In this document: one piece after another, positions 49,851-59,127 of the stretch | How positions within the stretch are numbered: the first letter of the stretch is position 1 | How the letters are laid out: each line of letters starts with the position of its first letter | Origin: Gammaproteobacteria bacterium | Lineage (GTDB): Bacteria > Pseudomonadota > Gammaproteobacteria > CAKMZV01 | NCBI GenBank assembly: GCA_965219665.1 | Contig: CBDCOD010000019.1 | Location: forward strand, 30,070-94,069 | Direction of reading: 5' to 3' | Length of the DNA: 64,000 bases | The notes under the pieces: generated by a model | The model's database searches: none | What the model saw: the letters and a program-made list of their open reading frames with translations, nothing else | Told to the model about the DNA's origin: nothing | Made by a program: the position numbers and the translations under genes

Positions 49851-50621
49851 ATGTCAGAAACACTATTTTTCATTATTTTTATTACACTCTGCATTGTCCT
49901 TGCAATAAAAACCAAAAGCCTGCCCTCAGCAGAGGAGCGGCACAAAATGCGCTTGCAGAAAAACCAGCAAAGACGATTAAGCCATGCTGGCAAAATCAGA
50001 AAAGCAAGAAGAAGCGGCTCAAGCCGTGGAGGAGGGTTAAACCATGTCGGGCTTGGCATGGCAGCGGGTGCAGCAGGATTGGCAGCATACAGCACCCTAT
50101 CCAACAGCGATGATGCTATCGCTTCATCAAACACCTCTACAGCCTTTGATGATAGTTCCTCAAACATCACCAGTTTTGACATAAACCCTGCAAATGGACT
50201 GCCCATGGTGGATGGAATAGGTAGCATAGATATTGGAGGCAATACCTATGGCACCGACTCCGATACCTTTGATGATAGTTCCTCAAACACCACCAGTTTT
50301 GACATAAACCCTGCAAGTGGACTGCCCATGGTGGATGGAATAGGTAGCATAGATATTGGAGGCAATACCTATGGCACCGACTCCGATACCTTTGATGATA
50401 GTTCCTCAAACACCACCAGTTTTGACATAAACCCTGCAAGTGGACTGCCCATGGTGGATGGAATAGGTAGCATAGATATTGGAGGCAATACCTATGGCAC
50501 CGACTCCGATACCTTTGATCATAGTTTCTCATCCTTTGATGACAGCTTTTCATCCTTCGATGACAGCTTTTCATCCTTCGATGACAGCTTTTCATCGTCC
50601 TCTTTTGACGATGATTGGTAA
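49851..50621 (+). CDS. membrane-anchored acidic repeat protein (3 x 41-aa repeats plus SFDDSFSS mini-repeats)
   Basis: N-terminal TM helix, then three near-identical 41-aa units (DDSSSNTTSFDINPASGLPMVDGIGSIDIGGNTYGTDSDTF) and a C-terminal (SFDDSFSS)x3. Confidence 0.55.
   Translation: MSETLFFIIFITLCIVLAIKTKSLPSAEERHKMRLQKNQQRRLSHAGKIRKARRSGSSRGGGLNHVGLGMAAGAAGLAAYSTLSNSDDAIASSNTSTAFDDSSSNITSFDINPANGLPMVDGIGSIDIGGNTYGTDSDTFDDSSSNTTSFDINPASGLPMVDGIGSIDIGGNTYGTDSDTFDDSSSNTTSFDINPASGLPMVDGIGSIDIGGNTYGTDSDTFDHSFSSFDDSFSSFDDSFSSFDDSFSSSSFDDDW
50145..50513 (+). repeat. 3 x 123-bp near-perfect tandem direct repeat (coding), followed by 3 x 24-bp mini-repeats
   Basis: TTTGATGATAGTTCC... recurs at 50145, 50268, 50391 and 50514, a period of 123 bp with 1-2 mismatches per unit. 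Confidence 0.9.
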
Positions 50622-50688
50622 GTTACTTCAAAAAAACCACACTTTTAACCTTAATTTAACGCAAACATCAACCACTATAGGACAAATT

Positions 50689-50997
50689 ATGAATAATCAA
50701 ACTAAAACATCAACAGCGAACTCTACAACACAAGAAACAATAACCGTTCCCCCAAGCAACAATGCATTACCTGCAATTGGAGTAACCGGATTATGTACAG
50801 GGTTGACGCTCGGCATAATGATTATGATCATAGGGCTACAGAATTTCCAAGTCAGTTTACTTGCAGGCTTACCGAGCCTTTTATACGGCGCATTAATTTG
50901 TATCATAGCCATTGCATGGAATGCGCTCTTAAGTGGCTTTGCCACTATGGTTCAAGCGCAAGTGGACATCCGAAACGCCACTGTTTCAAAAAAATAA
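50689..50997 (+). CDS. small membrane protein (about 103 aa, two predicted TM helices)
   Basis: MNNQTKTS... then hydrophobic GVTGLCTGLTLGIMIMIIGL and LPSLLYGALICIIAIAW. The ORF track's longer frame (50479..) overlaps the upstream gene, so an internal start was chosen. Confidence 0.35.
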   Translation: MNNQTKTSTANSTTQETITVPPSNNALPAIGVTGLCTGLTLGIMIMIIGLQNFQVSLLAGLPSLLYGALICIIAIAWNALLSGFATMVQAQVDIRNATVSKK

Positions 50998-51074
50998 ATA
51001 GCACAAGCAAAAAAATTCCAAGTAGAAAAAAAAATAGGCTATCATATAAAAAAATAAATAAAATGTGCTCTACT

Positions 51075-51368
51075 ATGAAAACAATACTCACCACCAGACA
51101 CCCTGCCACTGTGCAATGGCTTGCCCGTCAAGGCATTGCAGCAGAACAGGTCGATCATGTATCGTCTGACAGCATTACCCACCCGGTAAAACTCATTGGC
51201 AATGTCCCTCCAGCCATTGCCGCACAAGTATGCCAGCAAGGTGGCGAGTATTGGCACATTGACCTTGATTTACCTCAAACCATACGCGGCAAAGAACTCA
51301 GCGTTTCAGACTTAGAACAATATAAGGCTAAAATAATCCGCTATCACATTGAACAAATCACCTCTTAA
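51075..51368 (+). CDS. small hypothetical protein immediately upstream of cmr1 (candidate CRISPR accessory, Csx16-like?)
   Basis: About 97 aa starting MKTILTTRHPATVQWLARQG. Positioned as the first gene of the cmr cluster after an A-rich promoter-like region (51000-51060). Family assignment not verifiable from sequence alone. Confidence 0.35.
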   Translation: MKTILTTRHPATVQWLARQGIAAEQVDHVSSDSITHPVKLIGNVPPAIAAQVCQQGGEYWHIDLDLPQTIRGKELSVSDLEQYKAKIIRYHIEQITS

Positions 51369-51382
51369 ACGGCACCAAAACT

Positions 51383-52510
51383 ATGGAATTTATCAATCCT
51401 TTTGCAAACAACACGCTAACGGCAACCTATCAAATCAACACCCCCATGTTTTTAGGCGGTGCCGATGGCTGTGCAGATACCATAACCCCCCAATCTTTTA
51501 AGGGGCTCATGCGCTTTTGGTGGCGCGCATGGCAGTGGCAACATGCCAAGGGCAGCGACGATTCAGAAAAACTGGCTGACCTACACCACAAAGAAGCCCT
51601 ACTCTTTGGCTCCAGCGCACCAAAACCAAACACAAAAGACAAAAAGGAACTCTACGGTCAAGGTGCCTTTACTCCATAATCATTCGCCACGAGGAGCTCG
51701 AAAAACTGACCAACTGAGAACACGCAGAGTAAATTCAAATACCTTGCCTACGGCAATGCAATCGTTCAAAAAAGCAAATCCCGAAAAGGATACATCAAGA
51801 ACGCACAAAAGAACATACGAATCAAAAAAATGCACTTTTAAGCAGTTCAAGCTTACTTTAATAGACACAAGTACAGTTGACAGCTGAAGCATCAAGGCTA
51901 TGATGACGTAACCATAGACGCAACAACTTGACAACGACTTACTTAGACCTAATTGGAACTGGTAGGTAGTCTGGGCAGTCGCAAATCACGCAAAGGTTTC
52001 GGCAGTTCTATTCAGAAATAAGATGATTTTCTCTCACCCGCAGGTAATATCAAGAAAAAGTACTAAATGCACTTCTCAATGCCTACAACCAGATATGACA
52101 TGCGCGCTCCGTATCACTGCATTTTCCAAACTAATAAAATACGTAGCTGGCAGGCAGTGACAAAAAAAAACGACTCAACTGCATTGCTCCGCTTCCTGAC
52201 AAGGTCATTACCTGAAAGAGCTAGAACAAATGAGTGGTGCCTTTCCTCAGGCAACCGCCAAAAAGAAGGCATGAAAAATAAACGTCAACTGCTTGGTCTT
52301 AACGATTAAAGACATTAACGATAAACGATCGTCATAGCGCGCCCGTCTTTTTCCACATTCCATCAACAACAGTTCAAGACCCAAATATACGTTACTTCTT
52401 ATGCCATCAAACATGTACTTCACCCAGCACCTGCGCTCTTTGAGAAAACAACCATAGATGAAAAGAAGGGGCTGGCTGCCGTCAAGAACTATGTAAACAA
52501 TATAGCTCAA
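51383..52510 (+). pseudogene. cmr1: cmr1 remnant (type III-B RAMP Cmr1), disrupted by multiple stops and frameshifts
   Basis: The first 98 codons (51383-51679) carry the Cmr1 RAMP motif ITPQSFKGLMRFWWRAWQ, then terminate. The remaining ~830 bp before cmr2 carries only short ORFs in several frames (51543-51887, 52067-52309). Stops at 51677, 51707 and 51843 lie in the original frame. Confidence 0.6.
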
Positions 52511-52528
52511 ACCACGCAAAATTAAAAC

Positions 52529-54493
52529 ATGACAAAAAAATACTTTCACCTCACCATCGGCCCCGTGCAAGGGTTTATAGCCAGCGCGCGCCGTACCCGC
52601 GATTTATGGGCAGGATCCTTCATCCTCTCCACGCTATCTGCCGTTGCCATGCGCTCCGCTATCGCTCAAGAGAGCACAACAATCATTTTCCCCGCTGCTG
52701 ATAAGGGCTCTCTGCAATGGTTGGAACCCTCTAATACCCAACCTGAACGATTCCCTAACTACCCCAACCGCTTTATGGCAGAAGTGCCAGCAGACTTTAA
52801 CCCCCAAGCCGTAGTTACAGACATCAACGCAGCGTGGCAATCAATCGCCAATGCAGTCTGGACAGCAGACTTTCAAAACGCCAACGCAGAAACCAAAGCA
52901 ATCTGGGATAGACAAGTTGCACATTACTGGGAAATAAGTTGGGTGCTGACAGATGACCGAAAAGACACCAGTGCCTTAGATCGGCGCAAAAACTGGCGCA
53001 GCCACATCCCCCCTGCAGAACCCGGTAATAAATGTATGCTCATGGACAGCTTACAAGAGCTCTCCGGCAGCCTACAGGCAAGCACTATAGAACGACAAAC
53101 ATTCTGGAAAAAACAAGCACAAGTAAGCAAGAGATTAGATATAAGCGCCAAAGAACATTTAAGTGCCATTGCCTACATCAAACGCCGCCTAATCATTGCT
53201 CTTAAAGAAGGTATCCAGGCAGAATTAACAGGATGGCAATTAAACCTCAAAATAAATCCAAGTGATGCCAACGAAGACGACATTCGCTCTCAAGCACCCT
53301 CCACCGCTCACATTGCCGCCGTCGATTGGCTAAAAGCCATTAAAAACAAAATGCAAGATGATCAAACAGCCGAAGAAAAAATCAAAACCAACATCCGTAG
53401 ATTGATCGAATCCATTGAAGGCATACCCCAAACCAATCATTTACTCAAAAGCGAAAGCAATTCGACTCTCATTAAAGACAACAGAAAAAATTCTAACTTT
53501 AATAATCTTAGTTACTGTGAAGCCAGTCTGTTTTATCCACACCTTATCAATTCCCGCTTAGACTTGGAACTCACACCCGACAACGAGCGAAAGCTGCTCG
53601 ACAACCTCAACGCACTATGCGAGCGCGTAGACAAAAAGCCCACTGCCTTTTATGCAATACTGTGCATGGATGGCGACAGCTTTGGGCAATTCCTGAGCAA
53701 CTCACAAAACCACGCCAAAATCAGCAAAGGGCTAAATGCATTCACTAAAGAAGTGCCGAAAATAGTAAAACAACATACAGGCTTCACCCTCTATGCCGGC
53801 GGTGAAGATGTGCTTGCCATGCTCCCCATTAGCCAAGCCATTGCTTGCGCCCATAAGCTGCAACAAGAATTTACTGCAATTTTTCAAAGTAAGCTGAATA
53901 AGGGCGGAGAGAACGTACTGCCCACCATCAGCGCCGGCATCGTCTTTAGCCACCTCAAAATGCCGCTGATGCAAAGCATAAGCCGCGCCCATGAGGTCTT
54001 AGACGACATTGCCAAAGAACAAACCGGGCGTAATGCCATCGCCTGTGAAATCAACAAACCCTCTGGTCGTACCGCACAATGGGCAATGCCTTGGGACAAG
54101 GCAGCCGATGACGATGATAACAGCGCTATGATGATTAGCACTATTAGCGAGACATTAAAAGAGAAAAATCAAGCCGATGCCTCTTTTTCTACCAAATTCC
54201 TCTATCACTTTCGCAATAGTTATCACTTATTCAAAGATAAGAACAGCCATGAGGCAATAAGCAAAGATCTGCTCACTGCCTTAGTGATCAGCAACCTACA
54301 ACAAAGCAAAGGGCGCGCTGCTGAACTCAGCGCAGCAGAACAAAAACTTGCCAAACAAATCATCGATCAATCCTGGATTTATAAATCAGATAGCAAAGGG
54401 CAGCCCATACAAAGCGACCAAATAAGTGATGCCTTCGTAATGCTCGCCCGCTTCTTAGCCACTGATGGCATAGACGGAGGGAACCGCACATGA
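52529..54493 (+). CDS. cmr2: Cmr2/Cas10 lacking the HD nuclease domain, with a cyclase palm domain carrying GGED
   Basis: N-terminus LTIGPVQGFIASARRTRDLWAGSFILSTLS is the conserved Cmr2 D1 block. Palm motifs ILCMDGDSFGQF (about 53666-53690) and YAGGEDVLAML (GGED at 53801-53812). 654 aa, consistent with Cmr2 minus the ~215-aa HD domain. Confidence 0.85.
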   Translation: MTKKYFHLTIGPVQGFIASARRTRDLWAGSFILSTLSAVAMRSAIAQESTTIIFPAADKGSLQWLEPSNTQPERFPNYPNRFMAEVPADFNPQAVVTDINAAWQSIANAVWTADFQNANAETKAIWDRQVAHYWEISWVLTDDRKDTSALDRRKNWRSHIPPAEPGNKCMLMDSLQELSGSLQASTIERQTFWKKQAQVSKRLDISAKEHLSAIAYIKRRLIIALKEGIQAELTGWQLNLKINPSDANEDDIRSQAPSTAHIAAVDWLKAIKNKMQDDQTAEEKIKTNIRRLIESIEGIPQTNHLLKSESNSTLIKDNRKNSNFNNLSYCEASLFYPHLINSRLDLELTPDNERKLLDNLNALCERVDKKPTAFYAILCMDGDSFGQFLSNSQNHAKISKGLNAFTKEVPKIVKQHTGFTLYAGGEDVLAMLPISQAIACAHKLQQEFTAIFQSKLNKGGENVLPTISAGIVFSHLKMPLMQSISRAHEVLDDIAKEQTGRNAIACEINKPSGRTAQWAMPWDKAADDDDNSAMMISTISETLKEKNQADASFSTKFLYHFRNSYHLFKDKNSHEAISKDLLTALVISNLQQSKGRAAELSAAEQKLAKQIIDQSWIYKSDSKGQPIQSDQISDAFVMLARFLATDGIDGGNRT

Positions 54494-55572
54494 ACAACAC
54501 CATGCAAACCACCCACATCACCCTCACCCCCAACGACAGCCTGTTCTTTCGTGAATCCCGCCCTATGGAATCAGTCGGCGGCGCTATCCTAGAAAGCCAG
54601 TTTCCACCCAACCCCCAAACCCTTATTGGCGCCCTAAAAGGCTATGTTGGCGAGCAATATGGTGTGGACTTTAAAACCGTTCGCGAAAACACTAAAAAGG
54701 GCAAGCCCTATACAAAAGAGGGCTTCACCATGGACTTTGGTGACAGCAACGCAGACCTCTCCATAACCGATATGGCACTACGCCATCAAGACACGGGCAT
54801 AGGCACAGACTACTACCCTGCCCCTCTCTTTGTGGCTTACAGCGAAACCGATAAGCAATATGCTCTCATTCAACCCAGTGCGCAATCAACTGAATGCGAT
54901 TTAGGCAACGTACACTTACCCACCCTCCCTAAAGAGAAGACGGGCTATAAACCCTTAGAAAACGCTTGGCTGAGTAGTAAAGACTACACCAATGTCCTTC
55001 AAGGCAAACTGCCCACGAGCCACCTTAAAAAAAGCGCCATCCTTAAGGATGAGTTTCATCTTGGCATCAGCATTGACAAAGAGAGCAACACCGCAGAAGA
55101 CCACAAACTCTATCAAAGCATGCACACCCGCCTCAAGCAAGGCATGCAGCTGCATCTCACGCTCCGACACCGTAAAGACATACAAATCAACAACGGAACC
55201 ATCCGCTTAGGCGCAGAAGGAAGAAGTGCCCAACTCACAATCATCGAATCGCCCGAAAGCATCACCTCCACCCCTAAAAATAACAAAATAAGCCTAATCT
55301 TAACCACCCCCGCACTGTTCAAAAACACAGACGCACTGCATGAAGCAATAGCGCAATACGGCACCCTGATCAGCGCCTGCTTAGGCAAAACCACCCGAAT
55401 GGGCGGCTGGAATTTAGCCCAAAATCAACCACGAGAAGCCATCTCAGCCATTCCCGCTGGCAGCACGTGGTTCGTTGAGGCAAGCCCTAACGCATGCCCC
55501 CCTGCCGCCATTGGCGAGCAAACAACTAAAGGCTTTGGCATCGTCCGTTGCGGCACCTGGCAGCACCTATAA
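54490..55572 (+). CDS. cmr3: Cmr3
   Basis: N-terminus LTPNDSLFFRESRPM...SQFPPNPQTLIGALKG is typical of Cmr3. C-terminal G-rich loop TTKGFGIVRCG. ATGA overlap with cmr2. Confidence 0.8.
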   Translation: MNNTMQTTHITLTPNDSLFFRESRPMESVGGAILESQFPPNPQTLIGALKGYVGEQYGVDFKTVRENTKKGKPYTKEGFTMDFGDSNADLSITDMALRHQDTGIGTDYYPAPLFVAYSETDKQYALIQPSAQSTECDLGNVHLPTLPKEKTGYKPLENAWLSSKDYTNVLQGKLPTSHLKKSAILKDEFHLGISIDKESNTAEDHKLYQSMHTRLKQGMQLHLTLRHRKDIQINNGTIRLGAEGRSAQLTIIESPESITSTPKNNKISLILTTPALFKNTDALHEAIAQYGTLISACLGKTTRMGGWNLAQNQPREAISAIPAGSTWFVEASPNACPPAAIGEQTTKGFGIVRCGTWQHL

Positions 55573-55597
55573 ACACCCCAAAATTGAGGAATATAAT

Positions 55598-56443
55598 ATG
55601 AAAAACACCATACTTGGACTACACGCACAAACCGCCATCCACGCAGGATCAGGGCAATCATTGGATGTCATCGACCTCCCCATTCAGCGCGAAGCCCACT
55701 CAGGCTACCCCGTTATCTTTGGTTCATCGCTCAAAGGCGCCCTGCGCGCCCATGCTGACCACAACAACGCTGAACACCTCAGCACCATCTACGGTTCAGA
55801 AAATGCGGAACACGCCAGCGCCATCCGCATCAGCGATGCCAAGCTCATCGCCCTGCCGGTGCGCTCACTCACCACCCACTTTCGCCTTGTAACCTGCCCA
55901 CACCTCTTAGAACGCCTCAACCGCGACCTCGCCCAAATTGGCAAGAATACATTAGAAATACCCAGCGTTAAAAATGAAACTGAGATTCGCACCGCTGATC
56001 AAAAAGATCAAACAAACCTATTCTTAGAGGAGTACCGCTACACCGTACGCACCTGTGGGAAACTACCGCACTGGCAACAACAAATAGCGGAACTCACCGG
56101 ACAAAACAGCGAACAGTTAGCAAACCTATCCGTCATCTCCAATGACCAGTTTGCTCACATCTGCCAAACCGCCACTGCCATTGCCCCACACATTGCCATT
56201 GACAATAAAAACAAAACCGTCAAAGGCGGCGCACTCTGGTTTGAAGAAACCCTACCCCCCGAAACGCTCCTCTACAGCCTCATCAGCGCGGTTGATGCTC
56301 GACATAAAGACACAACATTAAAAGCGACTGAAGTGCTTAACGCATTCAAGCAGCCTCTAACAGAAAGCTATCTCCAAGTCGGCGGCAACGAAACCGTGGG
56401 CATGGGTTGGTGCAAGGCGACGGTAACTGGAGGTGCACAATGA
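55598..56443 (+). CDS. cmr4: Cmr4 (backbone RAMP, target-RNA cleaving subunit)
   Basis: MKNTILGLHAQTAIHAGSGQSLDVIDLPIQRE...IFGSSLKGALRAHA are the RAMP G-rich and catalytic-loop motifs. The start was chosen at the ATG at 55598, which has a GAGGA SD; the ORF track begins at 55475. Confidence 0.9.
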   Translation: MKNTILGLHAQTAIHAGSGQSLDVIDLPIQREAHSGYPVIFGSSLKGALRAHADHNNAEHLSTIYGSENAEHASAIRISDAKLIALPVRSLTTHFRLVTCPHLLERLNRDLAQIGKNTLEIPSVKNETEIRTADQKDQTNLFLEEYRYTVRTCGKLPHWQQQIAELTGQNSEQLANLSVISNDQFAHICQTATAIAPHIAIDNKNKTVKGGALWFEETLPPETLLYSLISAVDARHKDTTLKATEVLNAFKQPLTESYLQVGGNETVGMGWCKATVTGGAQ

Positions 56444-56838
56444 GTAATACGATTACACCCCAAACCATTGAGCAACAGCGCGCAGCGTTTGCATACCAAT
56501 TAGTCACAGCTCATAAAAAGAACGATCGACTCAAAGCCTACGCCCGTAACCTACCAGGCATGATACTCACCAACGGCTTTGGGCAAGCCATGGCGTTTTG
56601 CCTATCTAAAAGCGGCAAGAATAACAGCAATGAAGAACAAGCCTATACAGCCCTGCAACAAGGCATCTTTGAATGGCTTGGGGCTGAACCGCAAAAACTG
56701 CTTAATGGTGGCTCAGACATCGTTGCCGCCATTACTGAACTTGACCAACACCGATATCAACTCGCCACTGCCGAAGCCCTTGCTCTATGCAAATGGATCA
56801 AGCAACTCGCCACCGCTCTCATTGAAGATACAGACTAA
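56440..56838 (+). CDS. cmr5: Cmr5 (small alpha-helical subunit)
   Basis: About 132-aa helical protein between cmr4 and cmr6. ATGA overlap with the cmr4 stop. Confidence 0.7.
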   Translation: MSNTITPQTIEQQRAAFAYQLVTAHKKNDRLKAYARNLPGMILTNGFGQAMAFCLSKSGKNNSNEEQAYTALQQGIFEWLGAEPQKLLNGGSDIVAAITELDQHRYQLATAEALALCKWIKQLATALIEDTD

Positions 56839-56867
56839 AAACACCGACTAACCCAACTTCTAAGAAA

Positions 56868-58126
56868 ATGCCCATGTCAAACCCATCAATGTTGCCACTA
56901 CACAAATCTTGTAAAGACGCAGCCAAGCAATTAGATTCACACCTTGGTCTCTCAGGTTCACACCTTGGTCTCTACTTTGATAAATACTTCTCCTACTCCC
57001 GCTCTCCAAATAATAACATTGAAGCCGCACCTGAAAACAAAAAAGAATTTCTAAAAAAATTCAACAAAGCTAACATCCCACCATCGCTTGAAAATGCCAA
57101 CATCAATCAAGTACGACTCATCCAAAAATTAAACGGCACATTCAAAGCCTTCAAAACCACCTCCTCCTTTGTAACCGGCATGGGGCAAGATCACCCCTTA
57201 GAAAATGGCTTTGCTTTTCACCCCACCTACGGCACCCCCTACCTCCCCGGCAGCAGTGTCAAAGGCATGCTGCGCCACTTCTTTACCCACCACTACCAAT
57301 GGGGAAATGAAGATAAAGCAACATTCCTCAACCAAGTATTCGGCAGCGATAATCCCAAGCAACCCGCCATAGGAAACTACCTGTTTTTTGATGCCCTCCC
57401 TACCGAGACCGTCACAATGCACACCGAAATCATGACCCCGCACTACGGCGATTGGTACGCAAAAGGAGGCGACAAAACAGAAAATACAAAAAACGACACA
57501 TCATCCCAGGCGATTGGCACGAACCAATCCCTATCCAATTCCTTGCTGTCAAAAACGCCACCTTCCTCTTTGCCATCGCCCCGCGCAATGGCACAACCGA
57601 GCAGCCTGACTACCTCTCCTTTCTCTTTAAAGGACTCGACTGCATCCTCATGCACCTTGGCGCTGGTGCCAAAACTGCCACCGGCTTCGGTTATATGGCT
57701 TTTAATGAAGAACAAACTGAAAAATCAGAAGAAAATGCGCTAACCCCCGAAGAAAAGAAAGAGCGCGAGCGAAAAATTGAAGAGCAGAAGCAAAAAGAGA
57801 TTAAAGAGAATGCATGGAAAGAAACTAAAGCAAAAGAACAGGCAGAAGCAGCAAAGCGAGCAGCATTTGACAGCACCCTATCTACAACAGATAAATGGTT
57901 TTTAGAGAAAAACTATGCAGAATGCTCTCCAGATGGCGATGCCCTGGTTTTCAAAATAACCAAGCCCAACAAGGCACTCAAAGACCCTGACTTATCCTCA
58001 AATTTTGAGTTAAAGAAGGCGGTCATTGAAGTCATACAGGTGCATAAAGAAAAACCCTATTCCCACACCTTCTGGGACAAAACAATACGCAAAAAGGTCA
58101 ACGATTCACTCAAAAAAATGAAATAA
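56868..58126 (+). pseudogene. cmr6: cmr6 with an internal frameshift (two overlapping reading frames, 56868-57743 and 57452-58126); it carries an unusual ~170-aa charged C-terminal extension
   Basis: Frame A has the RAMP block YGTPYLPGSSVKGMLRHFF. Frame B has the C-terminal G-rich loop HLGAGAKTATGFGYMAF. The frames switch between 57447 and 57517, where a 9-bp direct repeat GGCGATTGG flanks a 62-bp segment. Confidence 0.75.
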
Positions 58127-58191
58127 TCCTGAACACATAAAAGCAATACGCCATAATGCTTATGCTCAATGCACACAGCTATTAACCAACT

Positions 58192-59127
58192 ATGAACTTA
58201 GAACTTATGCAACTAATAGAACAATTCGGCTTTAGCCTCTTCGTCTTCGCTTTAATCACCCTTCTGCTCATCTACCTCCTGATGGGCATAAAAATCGTAC
58301 CGCAAGCACAGCAATGGGTTATTGAGCGATTAGGCTCCTACAATCGCACCTTAGACGGTGGGCTCAACTACATCATACCCATCGTTGACTCTACACGCGC
58401 CAAATACCAAACACAAGAACAAGTCATTGACATTCCCTCGCAGCGCGTTATCACCCGTGATAACGTTTCCATCTCTATTGATGGACTCGTATTCATCCGC
58501 ATCACCAACGCCAAACAAGCCATCTATGGCGTATTAGACATGCGACACGCCATCTCACAATTGGCACAAACCACGCTCCGCTCCGAAATTGGCAAAATGG
58601 ACTTAGACGACTCCCTCTCCTCACGCGACCACCTTAACGCCGCACTCCTCACCGCATTAGATAATGCTGCAGGTGGCTGGGGTGTCAAAGTAACGCGTGT
58701 AGAAATATCTGACATTGACGTACCCAGCGAAGTCAAAACAGCCATGGAACTGCAACTGCGCGCCGAGCGCGAACGCCGCGCCACTGTTACCAAAGCCGAA
58801 GGCGATAAAAACGCCGCCATTGCTCAAGCCGAAGGCGAGCGGCAACGTGCCTTTAAAGAAGCTGAAGCTATTGAGCGCACGGCAGACGCTAAACAATATG
58901 AGCAAATTCAACTTGCCGAAGGACAAAAGCAAGCGATGGAACTCATCAACCTGGCAATGGAAAACAACCCCCAAGCTGCCGATTTTTTACTTGCAAAAGA
59001 CCGCATCAAAGCCTTCAATGACCTTGCCAAAAACACCAGTCAAGACAAAGTTATCGTACCGTACGAAGCCAGTGCCCTCGTTGGCGCACTCTCAATTATC
59101 ACTGAGAACCTTACTAATAAAAAATGA
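58192..59127 (+). CDS. SPFH/band-7 (stomatin/paraslipin-like) membrane protein
   Basis: N-terminal TM helix, then KIVPQAQQWVIERLGSYNRTLDGGLNYIIP, the canonical SPFH start. C-terminal Ala/Glu-rich coiled coil. 311 aa. Confidence 0.85.
   Translation: MNLELMQLIEQFGFSLFVFALITLLLIYLLMGIKIVPQAQQWVIERLGSYNRTLDGGLNYIIPIVDSTRAKYQTQEQVIDIPSQRVITRDNVSISIDGLVFIRITNAKQAIYGVLDMRHAISQLAQTTLRSEIGKMDLDDSLSSRDHLNAALLTALDNAAGGWGVKVTRVEISDIDVPSEVKTAMELQLRAERERRATVTKAEGDKNAAIAQAEGERQRAFKEAEAIERTADAKQYEQIQLAEGQKQAMELINLAMENNPQAADFLLAKDRIKAFNDLAKNTSQDKVIVPYEASALVGALSIITENLTNKK

Noticed and set aside
50167-50595. Minus-strand ORF (142 aa; MKSCHRRMKSCHRR...)
   Set aside because: It is the antisense reading of the 123-bp coding repeats. 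Its repetitive Cys/Arg/His composition is an artifact of the sense-strand repeat.
50145-50620. Regularly spaced tandem repeats that might be mistaken for a CRISPR array
   Set aside because: The period is 123 bp with no unique spacers between units. The units are in-frame and translate into a repeated 41-aa peptide inside a long ORF. This is a coding VNTR, not repeat-spacer architecture.
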